Shown: one piece after another, positions 17,751 through 26,051 of the stretch
How the letters are laid out: each line of letters opens with the position of its first letter
Numbering within the stretch: the first letter of the stretch is position 1
From: Candidatus Hermodarchaeota archaeon
Lineage (GTDB): Archaea > Asgardarchaeota > Hermodarchaeia > Hermodarchaeales > Hermodarchaeaceae
Direction of reading: 5' to 3'
NCBI GenBank assembly: GCA_016839365.1
Contig: JAEOUH010000017.1
Span: 1-26,898 of the forward strand
DNA: 26,898 nt
Made by a program: the position numbers and the translations under genes
Notes under the pieces: generated by a model
Told to the model about the DNA's origin: nothing
Seen by the model: only the letters and a program-made list of their open reading frames with translations
Database searches by the model: none

Positions 17751-19106
17751 TTACTTGTTAAGCGGTTTTTCAAGGTCTGAGAAATCAGGGTCTATGTTAG
17801 TGTAATGGAGAATCACTGCCGCGATCACAAGGAAGATGGCAAATACTGGTCCCCACCAGAAGAAACCAAAGTTCACGGGTGGTGGTCCTGGACTCACTTG
17901 CAACACTAAAAGGAACCATCCGAGGAAAGTTGCTCCAATCGCTTGAAAGACGTTCAATGGAACACCTTGGAATCCTTCGTACATACCTGCACGGGCTTGG
18001 CCACTTTCCAATTCATCTTTGTGTGCTATATCAGCGATAACAACATATCGCATGAGATAAAGGGCTGCTACACAGCTTCCCAATGGAATGCCAAATGCGA
18101 TTACTTGGAACGTGACAGGACCAAAGGCTGGTAGGCCAAGGATGGCTGTGAAAGGTAATATTAAGGCTAGAATTATCAAGGCGGCCATGAGAATTCGTTT
18201 CTTCCCAAATCTCTTCACTAGTCTTGCAAGAATGAAGGGAACAATCATTAGTGCAATGAGAAAAATACCTGCAGCCAAAATAAGCTGAGTAAATCCTAGC
18301 AATAGCCCGTTTTGTAACATTGGAACGATGATTGCTGTGATTGTTGATAAGGTCAGAGACCAGAAACCAACCACCAAAATCCATTTCACATAGTTGGGAT
18401 TTTTAAGTGCTGTTTTAGTTTCCTCAACAATTGATCGGTCAATTGGCTTGATGCCCGGTCGGGACCGGACAAAAAAGATGGCAGGTAAAAACAACAGAAA
18501 ACACAATAACGATATTGTTACGAGAACAATGAACCCTATGGTCGTAGGGATACCACTGATGGGAACGAAGAGAATACCAGAAACAAACCCAAGCACAATC
18601 CCAATACCTGTGCCAATCCAGTTCGCGGTGTTTTGAATGGCACCAACATTTGGGCGTTCATCTGGGTCAGCAATCTCAGGTAACCAAGCTTGATACGCTG
18701 TGATGAGGAAGGCATAGAAGAATTTGAAGAGGGCTAGAGTGAGTAAGTAGTAACCAAAGGTCAAGAATTGCCAGGTCGGATCATTGATCGGATCCGGTGA
18801 GGGGGGAATAATCCAATGGGGAACGAATATCAGAAATCCGGTTATAGCTAGCGCTGGTGCACCGATGATGATGTAGGGTCGTCGTCGTCCAAAGCGGCTT
18901 TCTGTTCTATCACTGCGAAATCCCAAGTACCAGTGGGATAATCCAATAACAATGAACCCAAAGGCACTGGCCATTCCTGCATACAGAGGATTGAGTAGGA
19001 AGAACGAATAATAGATGTTCAATCCTGCAAAATCCACAAAGGTCAACAAGAGAGAAGAACCAGTGCGTCCTATTCCGTACGAAATTCGTCGTGGATAGGA
19101 TAACAT
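17751..19106 (-). CDS. MFS transporter, glycoside-pentoside-hexuronide (MelB-like) family
   Basis: G..SDRT.SRFGRRRPYI, AWLPEI, RFGKK, IADI...DE..SG..RAGMY.G; about 12 TMs. ATG at 19106 is preferred (ORF extends to 19118). Confidence 0.9.
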   Translation of the reverse strand: MLSYPRRISYGIGRTGSSLLLTFVDFAGLNIYYSFFLLNPLYAGMASAFGFIVIGLSHWYLGFRSDRTESRFGRRRPYIIIGAPALAITGFLIFVPHWIIPPSPDPINDPTWQFLTFGYYLLTLALFKFFYAFLITAYQAWLPEIADPDERPNVGAIQNTANWIGTGIGIVLGFVSGILFVPISGIPTTIGFIVLVTISLLCFLLFLPAIFFVRSRPGIKPIDRSIVEETKTALKNPNYVKWILVVGFWSLTLSTITAIIVPMLQNGLLLGFTQLILAAGIFLIALMIVPFILARLVKRFGKKRILMAALIILALILPFTAILGLPAFGPVTFQVIAFGIPLGSCVAALYLMRYVVIADIAHKDELESGQARAGMYEGFQGVPLNVFQAIGATFLGWFLLVLQVSPGPPPVNFGFFWWGPVFAIFLVIAAVILHYTNIDPDFSDLEKPLNK

Positions 19107-19307
19107 CCAATCACACACCTATAGAAGGTTGCTCTTTGCACGTTGTTTGTATGCAACTTCCATTTAAGGTAATAACCTTCAAGGAAGAGCAGGGTCCAGA
19201 AAAATCAATACGTTTATTAGATGCCTTTCAGGTCGTGGTTGCAGTTTGAGAAAATGAGCTTAAGCTGTAATGTACCTAAACTCATTACTCACTTGAGGTA
19301 TCAACAG

Positions 19308-22016
19308 ATGATGAAAAAATGGGTCTATTTGTTCAGCGAAGGTAACAGGGATATGCGAGATCTCCTTGGTGGCAAAGGAGCAAACCTAGCAGAGATGACC
19401 AATGCCAAACTGCCTGTTCCTCCTGGGTTTACGATTACCACAGAGGCCTGTAACGCCTATTTTGCAAATAACAGACAATACCCGGAGGGAATGTGGGAAC
19501 AGGTGCTTAAAGCTATCAAAACCTTAGAAGAAAGCACTGGAAAACGCCTCGGTGACCCAAGTAATCCTCTCCTCGTCTCGGCCCGGTCTGGTGCCCGTGT
19601 ATCCATGCCAGGCATGATGGACACCGTTTTGAATATCGGGCTGAATCCTAAAGTCTTGAAAGGCTTTGCTGAATTAACAGGTAATGAGCGTGTCGCCTGG
19701 GATGCCTATCGCCGTCTGATTCAGATGTTTGGAAACATCGTTAAAGAAATCGACCGCCACAAATTCGAAGCAATCCTAGATGAATACAAAGCCAAAACTG
19801 CTGGTGGTCGTGATACAGATCTCACAGTTGCCATGCTCAAAGAGGTAGTCCACGATTTCAAAACACTGTACAAAGCTGAAATGAAAGAAAAATTTCCCGA
19901 TGAGCCACTTGATCAAATTCGTGACGCAATAGGCGCAGTCTTCAATTCATGGTTCGGTGCTCCTGCAACCTCTTACCGAAATGCTGAAGGTATTCCACAC
20001 AACTGGGGGACAGCAGTCAATATTCAAACTATGGTCTTTGGTAATATGGGTGAAAGTAGCGGTACCGGTGTTGCATTCACACGAAATCCCGCCACTGGTG
20101 AGAAGGCAGTCTGGGGTGAATACTTACTCAATGCTCAAGGAGAAGACGTCGTTGCCGGGATTCGAACCCCACAACCGATTGCTAATCTTGAGAAAGATAT
20201 GCCCAAGATTTGGCACGAATTCTTGAAAATATCAGATCGGCTGGAACGCCATTATCGCGATATGCAAGATATGGAGTTCACAATTGAAAGGGAAACCCTT
20301 TGGATGCTTCAAACGCGAACTGGCAAGAGAACCGCGTTTGCTGCGGTTAAAATCGCGGTGGATATGGTTAGCGAAGGGCTAATCAAAAAAGAAGACGCAA
20401 TCCTTCGAGTGACACCAGCATCAATAGATCAATTTCTCCACCCCCGCTTTGCTCCAGAAGCTGTTCTAGAAGCCAAAAACAACGGGCTACTGTTAGCTTG
20501 GGGATTAAATGCTTCTCCTGGTGCGGCAACCGGGATGGCAATCTTTGATGCAGATACTGCTGCCAAACGTGGCCAGGCAGGGGAAAAGGTGATTTTAGTG
20601 CGTCCTGAAACCAATCCCGATGATGTCCACGGAATGATCGAAGCGCAGGGAATTCTCACCCAACGCGGTGGAATGACTAGTCATGCAGCGGTCGTTGCAC
20701 GTGGTTGGGGCAAGTCTTGTGTGGCAGGATGTGAAACAATCACGATTGACATGGCTGCTCGAAGTTTTCGAGTTGGTGATAAAGTCATTTATGAGGGTGA
20801 CTATATCTCAATTGATGGCACAACTGGAGCTGTCTTTCAGGGGCAAATCGCGACCATCGAAGCCAGCTTTGATGAGGAAAGTGAGCTCGTAACACTGCTT
20901 TCTTGGGCTGATAAAATCCGGAAATTAGGCGTATGGACCAACGCCGATAATCCCAAAGATGCAGCCCGTGCTCGGGCCTTTGGTGCCGAAGGTATTGGTC
21001 TTTGTCGAACCGAGCACATGTTCTTTGAAGAAGAACGACGCCCAATCGTAGTCAAGATGATTATGGCTGAAGATGATCTCGATCGACAGAAGCTTCTAGA
21101 AAAGCTAATTCCCTTCCAACGCACCGATTTTGAAGGAATTTTCCGAGCCATGGATGGGTCTCCTGTTATTATCCGGCTCATTGATCCGCCAATGCATGAA
21201 TTCCTTCCCACTAAAGACGAACTGGGGGAAGAAATTTGTCAGCTTAAACTTGAGCTCAAAAACAATCCCAGTGCAACAAAGCAAAAACGATTAAAAAAGA
21301 AACTCAAAGAAACTGAGGTCCTCAAAGACATCGTAGATAGTATGTGGGAAGTTAATCCCATGATGGGGCTCCGTGGTTGCCGTGCTGGCATCACACATCC
21401 AGGACTAACTGAAATGCAGGTTCGGGCAATTTTCGAAGCAGCTTGTAACGTAGCCCAGGAAGGGATTAAAGTATACCCCGAGGTCATGATACCTCTTGTC
21501 AGTCATGTCAATGAGTTAATGCTAGAACGTGAGAAACTTGAAAAAGTCGCCAAAGACGTGATGGAAGAGAAAGGTTGCCCCCTCGACTACAAATTCGGTC
21601 TTATGATTGAAACGCCACGAGCAGCCCTCACTGCTGACTTGGTGGCGAACTATTCTGATTTCTTCTCCTTTGGAACTAACGACCTGACCCAGATGACCTA
21701 TGGTGTATCCCGTGATGATGCCGAAGGTAAATTCCTCAGACAATATGTTACTTGGGGCGTTCTCCCGAATAATCCCTTTGAAATCCTCGACCGAGATGGC
21801 GTTGGAGTGCTAATGAAAATGGCTATTGAAAAAGGGCGCTCTGCTAATCCGAATCTTGAAATTGGAGGATGTGGTGAACACTTTGGCGAACCCAGCTCTA
21901 TTGAGTTCTCTCATATTGTTGGCCTAAACTATGTCAGTGCATCACCGTTTCGTGTGCCAATTGCCAGGCTAGCAGCAGCACAAGCAGCTCTCCAATACAA
22001 ATATGGCAGGAAATGA
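19308..22016 (+). CDS. ppdK: Pyruvate, phosphate dikinase
   Basis: LLGGKGANLAEM, RSGARVSMPGMMDT, phospho-His motif GGMTSHAAVVARG, GIGLCRTEHMF, SFGTNDLTQ, CGEH. ATG at 19308 has a GAGGT RBS (ORF extends to 19221). Confidence 0.98.
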   Translation: MMKKWVYLFSEGNRDMRDLLGGKGANLAEMTNAKLPVPPGFTITTEACNAYFANNRQYPEGMWEQVLKAIKTLEESTGKRLGDPSNPLLVSARSGARVSMPGMMDTVLNIGLNPKVLKGFAELTGNERVAWDAYRRLIQMFGNIVKEIDRHKFEAILDEYKAKTAGGRDTDLTVAMLKEVVHDFKTLYKAEMKEKFPDEPLDQIRDAIGAVFNSWFGAPATSYRNAEGIPHNWGTAVNIQTMVFGNMGESSGTGVAFTRNPATGEKAVWGEYLLNAQGEDVVAGIRTPQPIANLEKDMPKIWHEFLKISDRLERHYRDMQDMEFTIERETLWMLQTRTGKRTAFAAVKIAVDMVSEGLIKKEDAILRVTPASIDQFLHPRFAPEAVLEAKNNGLLLAWGLNASPGAATGMAIFDADTAAKRGQAGEKVILVRPETNPDDVHGMIEAQGILTQRGGMTSHAAVVARGWGKSCVAGCETITIDMAARSFRVGDKVIYEGDYISIDGTTGAVFQGQIATIEASFDEESELVTLLSWADKIRKLGVWTNADNPKDAARARAFGAEGIGLCRTEHMFFEEERRPIVVKMIMAEDDLDRQKLLEKLIPFQRTDFEGIFRAMDGSPVIIRLIDPPMHEFLPTKDELGEEICQLKLELKNNPSATKQKRLKKKLKETEVLKDIVDSMWEVNPMMGLRGCRAGITHPGLTEMQVRAIFEAACNVAQEGIKVYPEVMIPLVSHVNELMLEREKLEKVAKDVMEEKGCPLDYKFGLMIETPRAALTADLVANYSDFFSFGTNDLTQMTYGVSRDDAEGKFLRQYVTWGVLPNNPFEILDRDGVGVLMKMAIEKGRSANPNLEIGGCGEHFGEPSSIEFSHIVGLNYVSASPFRVPIARLAAAQAALQYKYGRK

Positions 22017-22039
22017 TCTAATACCCAACAGGGCTGAAT

Positions 22040-22861
22040 TTGCCAGAACATCTAAAGATCCGTCCCATGCAAAACGATGAATGGGTCATGTTTCATCAAC
22101 TCGATTGTGCCATATTCGAGGAGGACGACCAAGTCCGCGAAGAATATTTCCATCAGCGTGTCCAAAAACCTGGATTTTTCGCCATGAAATCACAAGATGG
22201 AGATCTCATAGGTTACTTGATATTAGGTCGGTTTTCCGATGAGATTGCCCATCTAGGACGAATTGGTGTTCAGAAATCCATGCAAAGTCAAGGCTTGGGC
22301 TCACAGTTAATGGAATATGCCTTGGATTGGTTTCGCAAACAAGAGGGAATCACGGTTGTGCGCCTTTATACCCAAATTGACAACCTGCACGCCCAGGTAT
22401 TGTATAAAAAGTTCGGATTCAAAGTAAGTGGCCACACCTGGCACTATTTTGTACCCTTCAGGAGCCTACAGGCCTCTAGAGATTATTCACTTCATGAAGC
22501 ACAACCGAATGAGTTTCAAACGATTGCTAACCTCTTCCCAGCATCGCTCCCGCTACAAGCAATTCAAAATTACATCAAAGGAGAGCAACTCATCTATATC
22601 CTCAAAGATTCATCAAATTGCATCGTAGGCGCCTGTCGCTTCACTCCAAGTTTTCCAGGTTGTTTTCCTTTTGAACTAACAGACCTTTCCTGTTTTGACG
22701 ATTTTGTTCGTGCCTTTCAGCCTCTTTGTGACCCTCCCTCAGACTTGCTCCGAATCACTTTTCATGAAAACCAAAATCTCGCCTCATTATGTGAAACACG
22801 AGGGTACCATCTCCATCACAAACTTTTCCAAATGCAATTAATCCTTAGCAAAAAGAAATAG
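22040..22861 (+). CDS. GNAT family N-acetyltransferase with a second, degenerate domain
   Basis: IGVQKSMQSQGLGSQL acetyl-CoA motif and N..A..LY.KFGF. Confidence 0.88.
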   Translation: MPEHLKIRPMQNDEWVMFHQLDCAIFEEDDQVREEYFHQRVQKPGFFAMKSQDGDLIGYLILGRFSDEIAHLGRIGVQKSMQSQGLGSQLMEYALDWFRKQEGITVVRLYTQIDNLHAQVLYKKFGFKVSGHTWHYFVPFRSLQASRDYSLHEAQPNEFQTIANLFPASLPLQAIQNYIKGEQLIYILKDSSNCIVGACRFTPSFPGCFPFELTDLSCFDDFVRAFQPLCDPPSDLLRITFHENQNLASLCETRGYHLHHKLFQMQLILSKKK

Positions 22862-23051
22862 AAATGGGGCGCTCATAGGGCACAGACCTTGGAATTCGTT
22901 TCTTCTCGCAGGTGAAAAGGGTAAACTCCTTCGAGTTCACCACAGACCCTTGTAGAATTCCTCCAACTATTTTCATCGACGGTAATAAGGCTAAAATAGA
23001 GCCTTGATTCCCTGTTGTATCGTATCATCTTTAATTAGGCGGAGTGTCAAA

Positions 23052-24377
23052 TTGTCACCTGAAAGGAAACTTCCCATAGAAAGCCAACCCAACGCGTTAC
23101 CCGATGAAATTGATCCAGAAAAATACGTTATCGCGACTTATTATTTCGGGGCACCGATTGGTCTACCAATCAAAGACATTTGTGAAATGGCGGCTGTTGA
23201 ACAAAGCACAGGAACTTGGGTACTTGTTCCTGGTGAAACCCCCCAGATGCGAAAAAAGTATGTGGCCAAGGTTATTGGAATCTATGAAGGACCTTACCCT
23301 GAATACAGTCAGCCCAAAGACGTCACGCACCGCCACTACATTGTGCAAGTGGCGTTTCCGTGGGTAAACTTCGGACAGCAAATACCAATGCTCCTGTCAA
23401 CTGTTGTCGGCAACATCAGTATGGGTGGACGGGTAAAAGTGTTAGATCTCCGGTTTCCAAAAAGTTGGCTGAAAGGCTTCCAAGGTCCCAAGTTCGGCAC
23501 ACAAGGTGTCTTCAAGGTGCTAGGGGTCAAAGGCCGCCCGTTACTCAACAACATGATTAAACCCTGCACCGGCTATCCACCCGAAGTTGGTGCAAAACTA
23601 CTATATGAAGCCGCACGGGGAGGAGCTGACATCATAAAAGATGATGAACTGATTGCTGACCCAGTTTTTAACAGGATCACTGATAGGTTACCTCTCTATA
23701 TGGACGCCATTGATAAGGCTAACTCAGAGAAAGGAGAAAAAACCCTCTACACCATCAATATCACAGATCGAATTCCTAAATTAATGGAAAATGCTGAAGC
23801 CGCCCTTGAACATGGGGCTAATGCTCTCATGATCAATTACCTAGCCGTCGGATACAGCGCTGTACGTCAGGTTACTGATGATCCCAGCATCAACGTACCC
23901 GTACTTGGGCACATGGATATTGCAGGAGCCATGAGCTACTCGCCGATCAGTGGCTTGTCAACTCAACTGGTCATCGGGAAACTCCCACGACTGGCAGGTG
24001 TTGATATCGAAGTATTCCCCGCTCCATATGGGAAGGCCCCTCTGCTCAAACAGCGATACATAGAGATGGCCCGGTCCATGAACTACCCGCTTCACCACAT
24101 CAAACCCACTATGCCCATGCCTAGCGGAGGCATCACACCTGGCCATGTCCCAATGGTCGTCGAAGATCTTGGACTTGAAATTATGATCGGAACGGGCGGA
24201 GGCATTCACGCCTTTCCTGCAGAACATGGTGGTCCGTCAGCTGGAGCGCGTGCTTTCCGACAAGCCATCGACGCCACTGTGAAAGGAATCTCCCTGAAAG
24301 ACTATGCCGAAGACCATCCAGAACTCAAAGTAGCCCTAGACAAATGGGGCACCGGAAAAACAGGTTTTGAAATGTAA
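23052..24377 (+). CDS. RuBisCO-like protein (form IV)
   Basis: EQSTGTW, GPKFG, MIKPCTG, GGADIIKDDE, PYGK, PSGG, GGGIHA. Lacks RuBisCO K177, R295 and H327 equivalents. TTG at 23052 has a GGAG RBS (ORF extends to 23004). Confidence 0.92.
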   Translation: MSPERKLPIESQPNALPDEIDPEKYVIATYYFGAPIGLPIKDICEMAAVEQSTGTWVLVPGETPQMRKKYVAKVIGIYEGPYPEYSQPKDVTHRHYIVQVAFPWVNFGQQIPMLLSTVVGNISMGGRVKVLDLRFPKSWLKGFQGPKFGTQGVFKVLGVKGRPLLNNMIKPCTGYPPEVGAKLLYEAARGGADIIKDDELIADPVFNRITDRLPLYMDAIDKANSEKGEKTLYTINITDRIPKLMENAEAALEHGANALMINYLAVGYSAVRQVTDDPSINVPVLGHMDIAGAMSYSPISGLSTQLVIGKLPRLAGVDIEVFPAPYGKAPLLKQRYIEMARSMNYPLHHIKPTMPMPSGGITPGHVPMVVEDLGLEIMIGTGGGIHAFPAEHGGPSAGARAFRQAIDATVKGISLKDYAEDHPELKVALDKWGTGKTGFEM

Positions 24378-24502
24378 TCCACACTAGTAGGTGCTTTGTG
24401 AGAACGGATAAAAATAGTATTGATCTCAAAATACTGCCTGCTCGACTTCACCAAATCACCGAACCCAAGACGATGCAAAAGCCAGAAAAAATCAGGTGAA
24501 AA

Positions 24503-24619
24503 TTGATTCGCCTTCGCCGTCGCTTCGTTAAAAACAAGCGTTATACGATAGAAATCCTTCTGTGCCCCATATGTCATTCAACAAGGTTACTCCGTTTCCA
24601 CCAAATATATCATAAATGA
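24503..24619 (+). CDS. Possible 38-aa basic CPxC microprotein
   Basis: TTG-start ORF MIRLRRRFVKNKRYTIEILLCPICHSTRLLRFHQIYHK preceded by AGGTGA; below the ORF-track cutoff. Confidence 0.25.
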   Translation: MIRLRRRFVKNKRYTIEILLCPICHSTRLLRFHQIYHK

Positions 24620-24671
24620 AAAATCCCTATTTGTGGATATTTTTTACATCCATTTACGAGCTCCCCATTGT

Positions 24672-24710
24672 AAAAGAAAGGAGGGGGAGGTACCTCTTTA
24701 GGAGGATACC
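24672..24710 (-). terminator. Hairpin plus pyrimidine/T tract after the FN3 gene
   Basis: GGTACCTC-TTTAG-GAGGATACC imperfect stem, followed on the minus strand by CTTTCTTTT. Confidence 0.4.
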
Positions 24711-25864
24711 TACTGTTGTTTGCGCTGGCGCAATACGAAAATTGCTCCCAACGAGAGAATTAATCCCAGCACTATTGCTTCAATGGGGAATCCAGGAATG
24801 CCAGGGATGGTAATGGGTGGAAATTCTATGTAAGTGCTGACGACATTACTCCAGGGGCCAGCGAGGGTATTGTTGTCGATGGCTCGAACCCTGAAGTAGT
24901 AGGTGTCGTTTGTGAGGAAGATAAACGTGTGGCTCAGGGTTGTGACACTGGCACTCTGACCGATGATAGCGAAACCTGCGTCAGCGCTGGCTTGGACTTC
25001 GTATTCACTAATGACTCCGTCGGAGTCGGTGGCAGCTGTCCAATTCAAGGGTACTTGAAAACCTGTGATGGTGGCGCCTGGATCAGCGAGGACTGGAGCA
25101 GAGGGTGGCTGGTATAATCGTATGGCGTTGCCTAAGATTTTGTCAGTTTCTGAGTCGCGATTATAGGAGTCGAATCCCATCACGACAAGATGTCCGACAC
25201 CCACTGGCTTGTGGAAGAGAATTGGGTCACCAGTAACGTTGACTGAGACGATAGGGGTCATTTCAGTGGTCACGAAACTGAGGGTTCCATCAGGGGCAGT
25301 AAAGTTTGTAATTCCATCTGCCAAGGGATTACTGGGTTCATCGATTACAATGGTTGAACCAACTCTGTTAGCGACGCCACTGAAGGTGAAGTGACCAGTT
25401 TCGTTAAGGATCCGTGCAGTAGCTCCGTAATCGAAAACATTCATGGAGTAATAGGTCATAAGGAGAACGATTCCACCAGCAGCGAGAAAATCGTCGAGGG
25501 GAGTTTGCCAGGCTGCAGCTATGTCGGTTATATTTTGTGTAAAAATTAATTCTTGTTCGATGATGAGGAAGATGTCGTGGTTTGGTAGTTCTGTAGAAGC
25601 ATCAGTGTAAGATGTGAGATTGGTTCGAAGATAATTGGTTCCGTGAGTTGCGTTGATGGCAGCCCAGACATTTTCGGCTTCGCCTCCTGGCGTATTATCA
25701 GCAAATTCGGTGTAGTAGAGAATTCGTGGTGTTACGGTTGGGGCAGGTAAGGCTGTCACTGAAACTGGAGTCGTCACTTGAAATCCTGAAAACCAAGTAG
25801 AAACGAAAGGAAGAAGCAAAGTACAGAGCGCAAAAAGGACTACAATATTACGAGTACTACGCAT
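24710..25864 (-). CDS. Secreted surface protein with a fibronectin type III domain and PGF/Loki-CTERM-like anchor
   Basis: Signal peptide; alpha/beta domain (FLAAGG.VL, GATase-like); FN3 (LNWTAATDSDG...YEVQ...YYFRVRAID...GPWS); tail IPGFPIEAIVLGLILSLGAIFVLRQRK; many NxT sequons. Confidence 0.85.
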   Translation of the reverse strand: MRSTRNIVVLFALCTLLLPFVSTWFSGFQVTTPVSVTALPAPTVTPRILYYTEFADNTPGGEAENVWAAINATHGTNYLRTNLTSYTDASTELPNHDIFLIIEQELIFTQNITDIAAAWQTPLDDFLAAGGIVLLMTYYSMNVFDYGATARILNETGHFTFSGVANRVGSTIVIDEPSNPLADGITNFTAPDGTLSFVTTEMTPIVSVNVTGDPILFHKPVGVGHLVVMGFDSYNRDSETDKILGNAIRLYQPPSAPVLADPGATITGFQVPLNWTAATDSDGVISEYEVQASADAGFAIIGQSASVTTLSHTFIFLTNDTYYFRVRAIDNNTLAGPWSNVVSTYIEFPPITIPGIPGFPIEAIVLGLILSLGAIFVLRQRKQQ

Positions 25865-25886
25865 ATTTGTAACCTCGATATTTCCG

Positions 25887-25909
25887 GAATTACTCGTTTC
25901 GAGTAATTC
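25887..25909. promoter_or_regulatory. Perfect palindrome in a divergent promoter region
   Basis: GAATTACTCG-TTT-CGAGTAATTC (10-bp arms), 22 nt from the ATG of the minus-strand gene. Confidence 0.5.
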
Positions 25910-26051
25910 AAAGAACGATTCCCCGGCTGCTTCTTAAGTCTGCCGTCATTGCGAGAAGGAGCGGGCAAAAACTGAACTTGCCGGTTCCCATGACTATTTT
26001 ACCACAGTCCCGGGGGATTATTGGTTGCTAACGTAAGGATAGTTAATAGCG

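Noticed and set aside
22911-22944. H/ACA sRNA (hairpin followed by ACA)
   Set aside because: The hairpin is only about 31 nt and has no K-turn motif.
23052-24377. Bona fide CO2-fixing form III RuBisCO
   Set aside because: K177, R295 and H327 equivalents are substituted.
24302-24577. 91-aa minus-strand ORF
   Set aside because: Overlaps the RLP 3' end by 76 nt and has no recognisable motif.
24616-24650. SECIS-like stem starting with ATGA
   Set aside because: Lacks the 3' GA of the quartet and the apical AA.
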